From Clostridia bacterium (GTDB lineage Bacteria; Bacillota; Clostridia; TANB77; CAG-508): a stretch of DNA of 64,000 nucleotides. The stretch spans positions 7,842-71,841 of the forward strand of contig JAFXVF010000008.1 in the NCBI GenBank assembly GCA_017524665.1, in the 5' to 3' direction. Position numbers and translations under genes: made by a program. The stretch's first letter is position 1, and each line of letters starts with the position of its first letter. Under the pieces are notes generated by a model, which made no database searches, was not told the DNA's origin, and saw nothing but the letters and a program-made list of their open reading frames with translations. Positions 42,412 to 50,931 of the stretch are shown piece by piece.

Positions 42412-44751
42412 TTAAGATTTTTTATTGTCGTCATTTTTCTTGTTTTTTAAATCGATAGAAATTCCATCTGTGCTATTTAAGAAGAAATATCCATCAGCAA
42501 CATCATGTTGAATTGGATCAAAATCGTCATCTGAATCATTTAAGAAAGAATCTCTCTTACTTGTTTCTATACCAGGTTCATGAGGTTTCTTAGACTCATC
42601 ATATATTCCACTAGTATATTTGAAGAAATTAAATGTTTTGTCGTTTTGTTTTTCTTTATATTTTGATTCCAAGAAATCAACTTTACCAGGGCCAATTAAA
42701 GCTTTACCTTTTGCATTTCTAATCTTATAAGCACACTCTTTAAACTTTAACTTAGATAGCTTATCAGCCATGAAGTATTCTTTCCAGCCCCATTTGATTC
42801 CAGCAAGTTTTGGATCATATTCACCTTTTGCTGTATCGTAAGAATCATTCCATTGCCATTCCCTGTGTTTACCAAATTCTAATTCCCACCATTTGTTTTC
42901 ATCTGGAGTGTTTCCACCGAAAACAAGTTTCGAAGATGAGTTTCCAAGAATTATTTCTCTATAATTATCTTTACCTGATGCACCGAACTGTGATAAACCT
43001 TGAGCAGATATAACAGTTCCAACACGGTATTTTCTATATAGTGTAAATATTGGTACTGTTGACTTGCACATGAAATCAGGAAATTCGTCTATATATAAGA
43101 AATGTGGTATTCTAGTTTTTTCATTTCCTGGTCTTGTAAGTACTGAGTATTGCATCAATAGTAAAACGAATAATCCAAATGCTTGATGTGCTGTGGCACC
43201 TAAATCGCCTCTTCTTGTACAAACTAATGTAACTTCACCGTTAGCTAAAGCATCATCAAAATTAATATTGTGAGTTCTATTACATAAAATATTTCTAACT
43301 CCCGGATATCTAAGCAAATTGTCTAATTGAGTTGTAGCAGGAGATATAAATTTTTCTGTATCAGCTCTACCAGAGCTGTTTTTATAGAAATTCTTTTTAA
43401 AATATGAAAGCAATATGCTGTACTTTTGAGCTAATACTTCATCAGATTCCATTTGCTTGCACATTTTTTCTACTAAATCAAAATCACCCATTAAAGCAAG
43501 TAAATCCTCTAGATTTGGCAAGGTTCCTTGATGAGTAAGTGGATATACTTCTTTTAAAAGAATACACAAGTTTTCAACAACTTGAACAACAACATTCTCA
43601 CGAAAAGCTTCTTCTACGTCTACTCTATTTGATACATACATTCCTTTTAAAACTGAAGAAATTGCAATTGCTGTTTTAATTGGATCTTTATGTACGAATG
43701 GGTTTGTACCAATTGAATCAGGATTTGAAGGATCTACTATATTAACTGATATATTATAGTTATTAGCAACGTCTAACATACGATTAGTTGATTCGTAATC
43801 TGGTGCTAAATATGTAATTCCTAAATCACGGTATACAAATTTATCATCAGAAGCATTGTAAATTAATCTTTTAAAATATGCTTTATATATTTTAGATTTG
43901 TTTTGATTTGGCTTTATCATATTTAGTGAGAAATTCTTATTCATATATTCGTTATCATAAGGAGAGTTAAGTGAAGCTACACCTGATCTTAAAGCAGCAA
44001 ATCCCATTTCTTTAGCAACTTCTTTATAGAAATGTTTCTTTTCCATATCTCTTGCTATCATAGGCTCAAACACCATAGTTGTCTTGCCAGTTCCTGAACC
44101 ACCAACGATTAAAGTTGATTCATAACGTCTGTTTTCTGGAACTTTAACATTTTTACCAGTATCTTTATCTTTACACAATGTTATTTCACATGAATAAGGT
44201 CCTACAATTGATTCATCTGGAGGAGCTAAATCTATTCCACCATAATCTTGAATAGAATCTTTCCATTTTTTTGTATCGTTTACACCAAGGAATAACCATT
44301 TGAATACAGGATAGAATGTTGCAACTGGTAAATACAAAGCAATAGCAGAAAAAGCCGGATGAATTAAATCGCTAAAGTCTGCGATTATACCAGTAAAGTT
44401 AGGAACAAATGTTAAAAGTACCCAACATCCTGCGTTAAACCATTGAACGAACATTGAAAGTGCAATTATGTATAAAGAAATACAATATACATAAAAGAAA
44501 GACAATTTCATTTTTGACCCTTTAACGAACTTAGATGCAAATGAAAAACAAAAAGCAAACACAGGACAAGCAAGAGCCAACGTATACTGAATTGCTCCCC
44601 AATAAGAAGAAGCAACACCAGTAAGTCCCATGAATACAAGTTCTATAAGACGGTCAACAACGATATACACAGTTATCAATGATAAAACATAAGTTGCAAA
44701 AGTGTTTCGATCAGTTTTTAAAAACTTAAGAAATTTATCTATGTATTTCAC
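42412..44751 (-). CDS. Membrane-anchored TraG/TraD/VirD4-like P-loop ATPase (T4SS coupling-protein family)
   Basis: N-terminal multi-TM region. Walker A LIVGGSGTGKTT, Walker B FLYIDEFPDF and a C-terminal TraM-recognition-like region. 779 aa. No other conjugation genes are nearby. Confidence 0.5.
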   Translation of the reverse strand: MKYIDKFLKFLKTDRNTFATYVLSLITVYIVVDRLIELVFMGLTGVASSYWGAIQYTLALACPVFAFCFSFASKFVKGSKMKLSFFYVYCISLYIIALSMFVQWFNAGCWVLLTFVPNFTGIIADFSDLIHPAFSAIALYLPVATFYPVFKWLFLGVNDTKKWKDSIQDYGGIDLAPPDESIVGPYSCEITLCKDKDTGKNVKVPENRRYESTLIVGGSGTGKTTMVFEPMIARDMEKKHFYKEVAKEMGFAALRSGVASLNSPYDNEYMNKNFSLNMIKPNQNKSKIYKAYFKRLIYNASDDKFVYRDLGITYLAPDYESTNRMLDVANNYNISVNIVDPSNPDSIGTNPFVHKDPIKTAIAISSVLKGMYVSNRVDVEEAFRENVVVQVVENLCILLKEVYPLTHQGTLPNLEDLLALMGDFDLVEKMCKQMESDEVLAQKYSILLSYFKKNFYKNSSGRADTEKFISPATTQLDNLLRYPGVRNILCNRTHNINFDDALANGEVTLVCTRRGDLGATAHQAFGLFVLLLMQYSVLTRPGNEKTRIPHFLYIDEFPDFMCKSTVPIFTLYRKYRVGTVISAQGLSQFGASGKDNYREIILGNSSSKLVFGGNTPDENKWWELEFGKHREWQWNDSYDTAKGEYDPKLAGIKWGWKEYFMADKLSKLKFKECAYKIRNAKGKALIGPGKVDFLESKYKEKQNDKTFNFFKYTSGIYDESKKPHEPGIETSKRDSFLNDSDDDFDPIQHDVADGYFFLNSTDGISIDLKNKKNDDNKKS

Positions 44752-44900
44752 GTTTTTTACTCCTCTACTAAATTTTTTTCTACATATATATTATCTAACA
44801 AAATCGACAAAAAAACAAGTCTTTTAAGGAAATTTCTCGATTTTAAATAGCCAAATATAGAATAAAATACAATTCAAGCATAAAAATTATAAACTTCAAT

Positions 44901-46549
44901 ATGATTTTTATAAAAGGAGTGCATTATAGATTGAAGAAAAAAACTAAAAAAGAGAACCTGATATTAGGGATTGTAGCAATTACATTTTCTCAAATTATAG
45001 TGAAAATTCTTGGCTTAGTGTATAAAATGTATTTGACAAATCATGAAGGATTTGGTGATGCTGGAAATGCAATTTATGGCAGCGGATTTCAAATATATAC
45101 TATACTACTCACAATTTCCTCTATTGGTGTGCCAAGTGCTATAGCAAAACTGATTTCAGCAAAATTGGCAATAGGTGACAATAGAGGTGCGCATCGAATT
45201 TTTAAAGTGTGCTTCGTGATTTTTTCTTTAATTGGAATAGGTGGAAGCACATTATTATTTGTAGGTGCAGGATTTATATCAAAAACCTTACTTCAAATAC
45301 CAGAAGCGGAACTTACACTTGTCACTTTATCACCATCAGTCTTTTTTGTAACAATTTCATCTGTGATAAAAGGCTATTTCAATGGAAGAGGAGAATTAAA
45401 AGCAACTGCAAAATCGCAAACGTTTGAACAAATTTTTAAAACAATTTTTACTGTGGCTATTGTAGAGATTACAAGTAAACTATTCTTAAATAAAACATAT
45501 ATAATGGCGGCTGGAGCAAATTTAGCAACCACCATAGCCACATTTTTTGGAATGTCATATTTATTTCTGTATTACAAATTAAAAAGTAAAGAAATATGGC
45601 AAGATGTAAATTTATCTGAACAACATAGATTGGCAAAAGCAAAAACAATTATAAGGCAAATTTTGATGTTATCAGTGCCTATAACTTTTACAGCTTTACT
45701 TGGGGCTTTAACAAAAAATATTGATGCAATTACAGTAGTAAGAGGCTTAAAAAATATTATGACAGAAGCAGAAGCAAAAACTCAATATGGGATTTTAACA
45801 GGGAAGATAGATACTTTAGTAATGTTTCCGTTATCATTAAATATTGCTCTTAGTATTGCCATTGTTCCTAAAATATCTTCACTAAATGCAAGAAGAAAAT
45901 TGGAATCTATAAATAACAAAATATCATATGCTATTTTACTAACTGAACTAATAAGCATACCGTCGACTGTTCGGCATGTCTGTATTTGCAAAACCAATCT
46001 TAGAATTACTTTTTCCTAATGCAGTATCAGGTAGCGATATCTTGCAAATTAGCTCAATAAACATTGCTTTGTTGATGCTTACTCAAACAATAAATGGAGT
46101 GTTACAAGGACTAGGAAAAGTATATGCGCCTACTATTGGTATAGCTATTCGGAATTATTTTTAAATTTATCTTAAATGTCGTCTTAATTCCAATACCACA
46201 ACTTGGAATAAAAGGAGCAGTTATTGGCTCATGTGTATGTCATTTTACAGCACTTTTGTATGAATATACGGTATTAAAAAAGAGCATAAAGTTTAAATTA
46301 CCACTTAGCAAATGTGTGTTAAAGCCTATAGTTGCAACAGCTATAATGATAGCATCAGCTTATTTAATATATTTTAAACTAGACAAAATAATCTCTAATA
46401 AAATATCTTGCGTAATAGCAATTTCATTTGGAGCAATTATATATTGTATTATGATTGTAAAATTAAAAATATTTGATAAAGAAGAAATAAAGCTGTTTCC
46501 TTACGGAGAAAAAATATACAGTTTTTTAATAAAATACAAAATTGCATAA
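44901..46549 (+). CDS. spoVB: Stage V sporulation protein B (MOP/MATE-like flippase). Needs two +1 shifts at CGG 45972-45974 and 46150-46152.
   Basis: Three consecutive ORFs (44901-46019, 45976-46164 and 46256-46549) become one polytopic membrane protein. GTT-CGG-CAT becomes ...IPSTVGMSVFAKPILELLFP..., and ATT-CGG-AAT becomes ...PTIGIAIGIIFKFILNVVLIPIPQLGIKGAVIGSCVCHF.... Confidence 0.75.
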
Positions 46550-46732
46550 ATGACTAAAAACACATAGTAATAGCCAATTTCCCAAGACATACATGCTAAA
46601 ACCTTACGGAAAGAGCAACTACACAAAAAAATAAAATAAAAAAAAGAAGGATTTTGACTAATAATGGCGAATAAATACATTGTAGATAAAATTCTACATA
46701 AAAAACGAAATCTTATAGGAGGTAATTTTAAG

Positions 46733-47011
46733 ATGAACAAAGCTGAATTAGTAGCAGCAGTAGCTGCAAAAACAGGAAGCACAAAGAAAAGTGCTGAAGC
46801 AACAGTTAATTCTTTCGTTACTGTTGTTACAGAATCATTAAAAAAAGGAGATAAAGTTCAATTAGTTGGATTTGGATCTTTCGAAGTAAGAAAAAGAGCT
46901 GCTAGAAAAGGAAGAAATCCACAAACAAAGGCAGAAATCAAAATACCTGCATCAAAAGCTCCAGTATTCAAAGCTGGTAAAGCATTAAAAGATTTAGTTA
47001 ATAAAAGATAA
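46733..47011 (+). CDS. hup: DNA-binding protein HU
   Basis: [29 protein letters not shown]...[51 protein letters not shown]. Confidence 0.9.
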   Translation: MNKAELVAAVAAKTGSTKKSAEATVNSFVTVVTESLKKGDKVQLVGFGSFEVRKRAARKGRNPQTKAEIKIPASKAPVFKAGKALKDLVNKR

Positions 47012-47026
47012 TATTATAAATAAATC

Positions 47027-47062
47027 ATAAAAGATAGGTTTTACACCTATCTTTTTTTTTAT
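47027..47062 (+). terminator. Rho-independent terminator (aaagataggt tttac acctatcttt + T9)
   Basis: 10-bp stem followed by ttttttttt. Confidence 0.65.
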
Positions 47063-47206
47063 TATAGAAAACTTTTGATTTTAGCATTAAAATCCTTGTA
47101 TCCCACACTATGAGCGCATATGCTTGACTTTTTAGGCTTAAAATGTTATAATATAATTAGTATTTATGGGCATTTTGCCCAAAGAATTTATTTAGGAGGT
47201 ATAAGT

Positions 47207-48610
47207 ATGTGCAAAAAAATTTTTGTGATGCTGTTTATATTCTTCTGTATGATTAGTTTACTAAATTTAAATAAGGCAAGTGCCGCAATAAATGTAAAGC
47301 CAGTGGTATTAAGCGATGGTGGAGGAGTATGTAGACATACATATGTTAATAAAGCTCTTCCTAAATATATAAAGTCTTATGCAACGTGTACAAGACCTGC
47401 TGTTTATTACAAGAGCTGTTCTAAATGTGGAGCAAGGGGAACAGGTACATTTACATCAGGAAGTGCATTAGGACATCAGCTTTCAACACCGAGAATGGCA
47501 TCTAATTTAAAATCTGCAGCAACGTGTACAACTCCTGCAGTATACTATAAATATTGTTTAAGATGCAGACAGAATGTTAGTGTGACATTTACATACGGGA
47601 AATCACTAGGACATAACTATATAGAAAATAAAAATCCAAAATATATAAAATCATATGCAACATGTGAAAACCCAGCTGTATACTATAAGAGCTGCTCTAG
47701 ATGTGGCCAAAAAGGAACGGCAACATTCACATCAGGGGAAGCATTAGGACATGAATTATCAATGCCAAGATGGGGATCAAATTTAAAATCTGCAGCAACA
47801 TGCACAAATCCTGCAGTATACTATAAATATTGTTTAAGATGCAGACAGAATGTTGATGAAACATTTACATATGGTAAAGCATTAGGACATGAATTTGGAA
47901 ACGGAAATGAATGCTCAAGATGTGGGCTAAAAAGAGTACAGGAGCCTGAGTATACAGTTAGATATATATTTGGCAGACCAACAAGCGCTGACCTAACATG
48001 GATGAGCGATGACACATGGACTGTCGCAGAAAGGTATACTGTTGTGACTGCTGTGCCAGGAGAAGATGGTGGAGGATATACTCATGGCCATACAGGATCG
48101 GCTATAACTCTTACAGAACATCAGGCAATGTATGAAGCTGGACTTGAAAGAGGAAGGCAATGGGCCATGGAAGCAAATAGTTCAGAAATTGTGTGCCTAA
48201 CTTTATATAGTCAAGCAGGAGAATGGGGATTAGGATTTATAGAAGGAGTGTATGCTGCAAATCCAGAACTAATGCCAAATTTGCAAGTTAATCTTGTATC
48301 AGCAATGGTTTATGTACCATCTGCAGGAATTAAATCAGATCCTGGAAGCGGAAGAGGACGTGCTTGGGCGAATAGAATGCAGGTGTATGCAGCAGAGGGA
48401 GCAAACTTTGATGTTTTCTATACGACAGAAGGTGGTGTCAACAATCCGGATAAAACAACTCAAGAAGCAATAAGTAGCTTAGGCACAGGCTATTCAGACA
48501 ATATTAGATTCCACAACTTAAGAGTAGGACATTCATATGAAGATGATTGGAATCAACTTGAAAACTATAGTGAAATTTGGAATAATGATAATTTAATTCA
48601 AAACAGATAA
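47207..48610 (+). CDS. Secreted protein with four tandem Cys-rich ~45-aa repeats and a C-terminal Gly/Trp-rich domain, in locally higher GC DNA
   Basis: Signal peptide MCKKIFVMLFIFFCMISLLNLNKASA. The repeat pattern is ATCT.PAVYYK.C..CG..GT.TFT.G.ALGH, four times. RBS GGAGG. Confidence 0.5.
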   Translation: MCKKIFVMLFIFFCMISLLNLNKASAAINVKPVVLSDGGGVCRHTYVNKALPKYIKSYATCTRPAVYYKSCSKCGARGTGTFTSGSALGHQLSTPRMASNLKSAATCTTPAVYYKYCLRCRQNVSVTFTYGKSLGHNYIENKNPKYIKSYATCENPAVYYKSCSRCGQKGTATFTSGEALGHELSMPRWGSNLKSAATCTNPAVYYKYCLRCRQNVDETFTYGKALGHEFGNGNECSRCGLKRVQEPEYTVRYIFGRPTSADLTWMSDDTWTVAERYTVVTAVPGEDGGGYTHGHTGSAITLTEHQAMYEAGLERGRQWAMEANSSEIVCLTLYSQAGEWGLGFIEGVYAANPELMPNLQVNLVSAMVYVPSAGIKSDPGSGRGRAWANRMQVYAAEGANFDVFYTTEGGVNNPDKTTQEAISSLGTGYSDNIRFHNLRVGHSYEDDWNQLENYSEIWNNDNLIQNR

Positions 48611-48635
48611 GAATTACATTAATTAAGCAATTATA

Positions 48636-48672
48636 AAAATGAAGAGTGTAAATAAGTACACTCTTCATTTTA
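48636..48672 (+). terminator. Rho-independent terminator (aatgaagagtgta aataa gtacactcttcatttt)
   Basis: 13-bp stem followed by a T-run. Confidence 0.6.
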
Positions 48673-48710
48673 AAGTTAAATAAGCAAAAATATAAATTGT
48701 AAATAAAGTA

Positions 48711-48740
48711 TTGACAAATTAAACTCAAGAGTAGTATAAT
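48711..48740 (+). promoter_or_regulatory. Consensus sigma-A promoter for tRNA-Leu (TTGACA - 17 bp - TATAAT)
   Basis: ttgacaaattaaactcaagagtagtataat, about 22 nt upstream of the tRNA 5' end. Confidence 0.6.
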
Positions 48741-48761
48741 AATTTTTGTCAATTTAAATAT

Positions 48762-48849
48762 GCAGATGTGGCGGAACTGGCAGACGCACAGGACTTAAAA
48801 TCCTGCGGACGAATAATCCGTATCGGTTCGATTCCGATCATCTGCACCA
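48762..48849 (+). tRNA. tRNA-Leu (anticodon UAA), type II tRNA with a long variable arm and encoded CCA
   Basis: Acceptor stem GCAGATG/CATCTGC, D-arm GCGGAACTGGCAGACGC, anticodon loop cuUAAaa, long variable arm, T-arm GGTTCGATTCC and a 3' CCA. Confidence 0.85.
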
Positions 48850-48850
48850 A

Positions 48851-48890
48851 AGAAATAGACCATAGCAAAGCTATGGTCTATTTCTTTAAT
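48851..48890 (+). terminator. Terminator hairpin after tRNA-Leu (agaaatagaccatagc aaa gctatggtctatttct)
   Basis: 16-bp stem followed by ttaat. Confidence 0.55.
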
Positions 48891-48937
48891 ATATGATAAA
48901 ATGCTTTTAATAAAATTAAAATTAGGAGGAAATATAA

Positions 48938-49384
48938 ATGGATGATATATTACTGTTTGCAATTATTTTTTCAGGAGTTTGGGCATTAATTGGAGTTGTT
49001 TTTCTTATAATTGGTATAGTAATGCATAATAATAGAAAAAGAAAAAATGTTAATTGCACCTCAAGCACATATGGAAAAGTAATTGATTTGGTTAGACACA
49101 AAAGTACAAGCATGGATTATTATGATCCATGTTTGTATCCTGTAATTGAATATAATGTAGGTGAACAAAAATTTATAAAAGAGTATAATTATGGAAGCAC
49201 TAACCCAAGACATTTAATAGGACGAAGAATAGAAGTACATTATAATCCAGAGAATTATAATGAATACTATATAGCAGAAGATACTATTCCAACAAAATTA
49301 GCAAAAATTTTTACTTTTGTTGGAATAGCAGCAATAGCTGTGGCTGTAGCTTCTGCAATATTAATACTAGGTTTATTTAATTAA
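48938..49384 (+). CDS. Membrane protein (DUF3592-like), N- and C-terminal TM helices
   Basis: 148 aa with a hydrophobic N-terminal helix and a C-terminal helix IFTFVGIAAIAVAVASAILILGLF. Confidence 0.4.
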   Translation: MDDILLFAIIFSGVWALIGVVFLIIGIVMHNNRKRKNVNCTSSTYGKVIDLVRHKSTSMDYYDPCLYPVIEYNVGEQKFIKEYNYGSTNPRHLIGRRIEVHYNPENYNEYYIAEDTIPTKLAKIFTFVGIAAIAVAVASAILILGLFN

Positions 49385-49506
49385 TTGTAATTATTGAAAC
49401 AAAGGGGACGTAAAAAATACCAATTTAAATTTCTGTTGACAGGAAATTTGTATTAAAATATAATAATTTTGAATTAAAATAAAGAGAAAAAGGGGAGGTT
49501 ATTATA

Positions 49507-50286
49507 ATGAAATTAAAACTGTTCAGCTTAATAGTTATTTGCTTATTCATGTGCCTTATTTTAACTGGTTGTGGAGAAACGAATGACAATTTGGCTATTA
49601 GTGATAGCAACCCAACTAGTCCAAATGACACAACTGAACAACAGGATACTTCAAATATTTCTGATAACGAAAAGAAAATGAGAAAAATGGCAGACACGTG
49701 GATGAGCATGGCAAAAAATGTGGATTTGCGTTGGAGAAGGGAGGTAAAAAACTCAAATGAATATGCAATTACGGACGAATATAAAAGAGGCAATAATGGA
49801 ATGCTATATTGGGTAGAAGAATTAAATGAGAAAGGTAAATTAATTACACCTGAAAATGATGGCTTGGGCAATGAGTACTATTATTACCATTTTCTAGGCG
49901 ATTACAAATGGAAATCTTATGTATATTTTAGTGATGGTACTTGGGATCGTTGGTATTTTAATGGAAACTACCCAGCAAGCCCACAAATTTACTGCATGGG
50001 AAGGCCATGGAATATTTTGGATAAATATTCAAATGAACATGAAACTATAAAAATTGAAGGTGTAGGAGAAGTTGATACAGTAAAGGGCGTGGATGATGAA
50101 GGATATACATATTATTATTCAAAAAAATTAAATATGAATGTTAAGATTGAAAATAATGTACAAACTTGGTGCTTGACAAAATTTGATACAAAAGTATCTT
50201 CAAGCTTTCCACGAGCATTACCTAATATGGATGCTGTAGATGCTAAATCTGCAGAAAGCAACGGAAAAATCAAATTTGGTGACTAA
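49507..50286 (+). CDS. Lipoprotein (lipobox LTGC), hypothetical
   Basis: MKLKLFSLIVICLFMCLILTGCGETNDN. Trp/Tyr-rich mature region. Confidence 0.5.
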   Translation: MKLKLFSLIVICLFMCLILTGCGETNDNLAISDSNPTSPNDTTEQQDTSNISDNEKKMRKMADTWMSMAKNVDLRWRREVKNSNEYAITDEYKRGNNGMLYWVEELNEKGKLITPENDGLGNEYYYYHFLGDYKWKSYVYFSDGTWDRWYFNGNYPASPQIYCMGRPWNILDKYSNEHETIKIEGVGEVDTVKGVDDEGYTYYYSKKLNMNVKIENNVQTWCLTKFDTKVSSSFPRALPNMDAVDAKSAESNGKIKFGD

Positions 50287-50430
50287 TTCCAATACAAAAA
50301 CTGTAGATTATTACATAGATGAAAATGGAGAGTTAGAAATATATGATGACTAAACTATGTACAGCAAAACAATTGACATAAGAAAAAAAATTTATTATAC
50401 TATGCATATTACAAAATATTGGAGGGAGCA

Positions 50431-50617
50431 ATGAAGGGACTAGTTTTATTAGGAGCTTTTTTAGCGCTCGTACGGCGTCATTTTCATATACGATGCAAGG
50501 CCAATAAGCAGAAAGACATTTGGATTTGGAGACCAAAATGAAGCAAGTATGGGATTAAAAATACTTGGATTTATAATAAGTTTAATTGGAGCGCTTCTAG
50601 TATATTTCAATATTTAG
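50431..50617 (+). CDS. Small two-helix membrane protein (61 aa) readable only with a +1 shift at CGG 50473-50475
   Basis: RBS GGAGGGAG 4 nt upstream of ATG 50431. The 0-frame gives MKGLVLLGAFLALVRRHFHIRCKANKQKDIWIWRPK. Skipping C50473 of GTA-CGG-CGT gives MKGLVLLGAFLALVGVIFIYDARPISRKTFGFGDQNEASMGLKILGFIISLIGALLVYFNI. Confidence 0.4.
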
Positions 50618-50667
50618 ACAAAATCATATTGCATTTTTGCAAAAAATATAGTAAAATATTACCATAT

Positions 50668-50925
50668 TAAAAACGATGAAGAAGAGGAGTATGTTTATAC
50701 TTTTGCAAGAGATAAAGAGTCACCGGCTGAGAGCTCTTTTCAAAACAGGTAAACAGAAGGTAGCTTTGGAGTTGGAATAGTGAAATTAAAAAGTAGCTAT
50801 TACCCGTCTAGGAGACGTTAAGAACCTATGAAAGATGCTTTTTTTAAAAAAGCAATTAAGGTGGTACCGTGAGATTTAATCTCGCCCTTATGTTGAGGGC
50901 GAGATTTTTGATTTTTATAAGGAGG
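50668..50925 (+). promoter_or_regulatory. T-box riboswitch leader upstream of valS
   Basis: Conserved T-box sequence aattaaggtggtaccgtgag. It is followed by the terminator hairpin aatctcgccc ttatgtt gagggcgagatttttg, immediately before the valS RBS. Confidence 0.7.
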
Positions 50926-50931
50926 AAGAAA

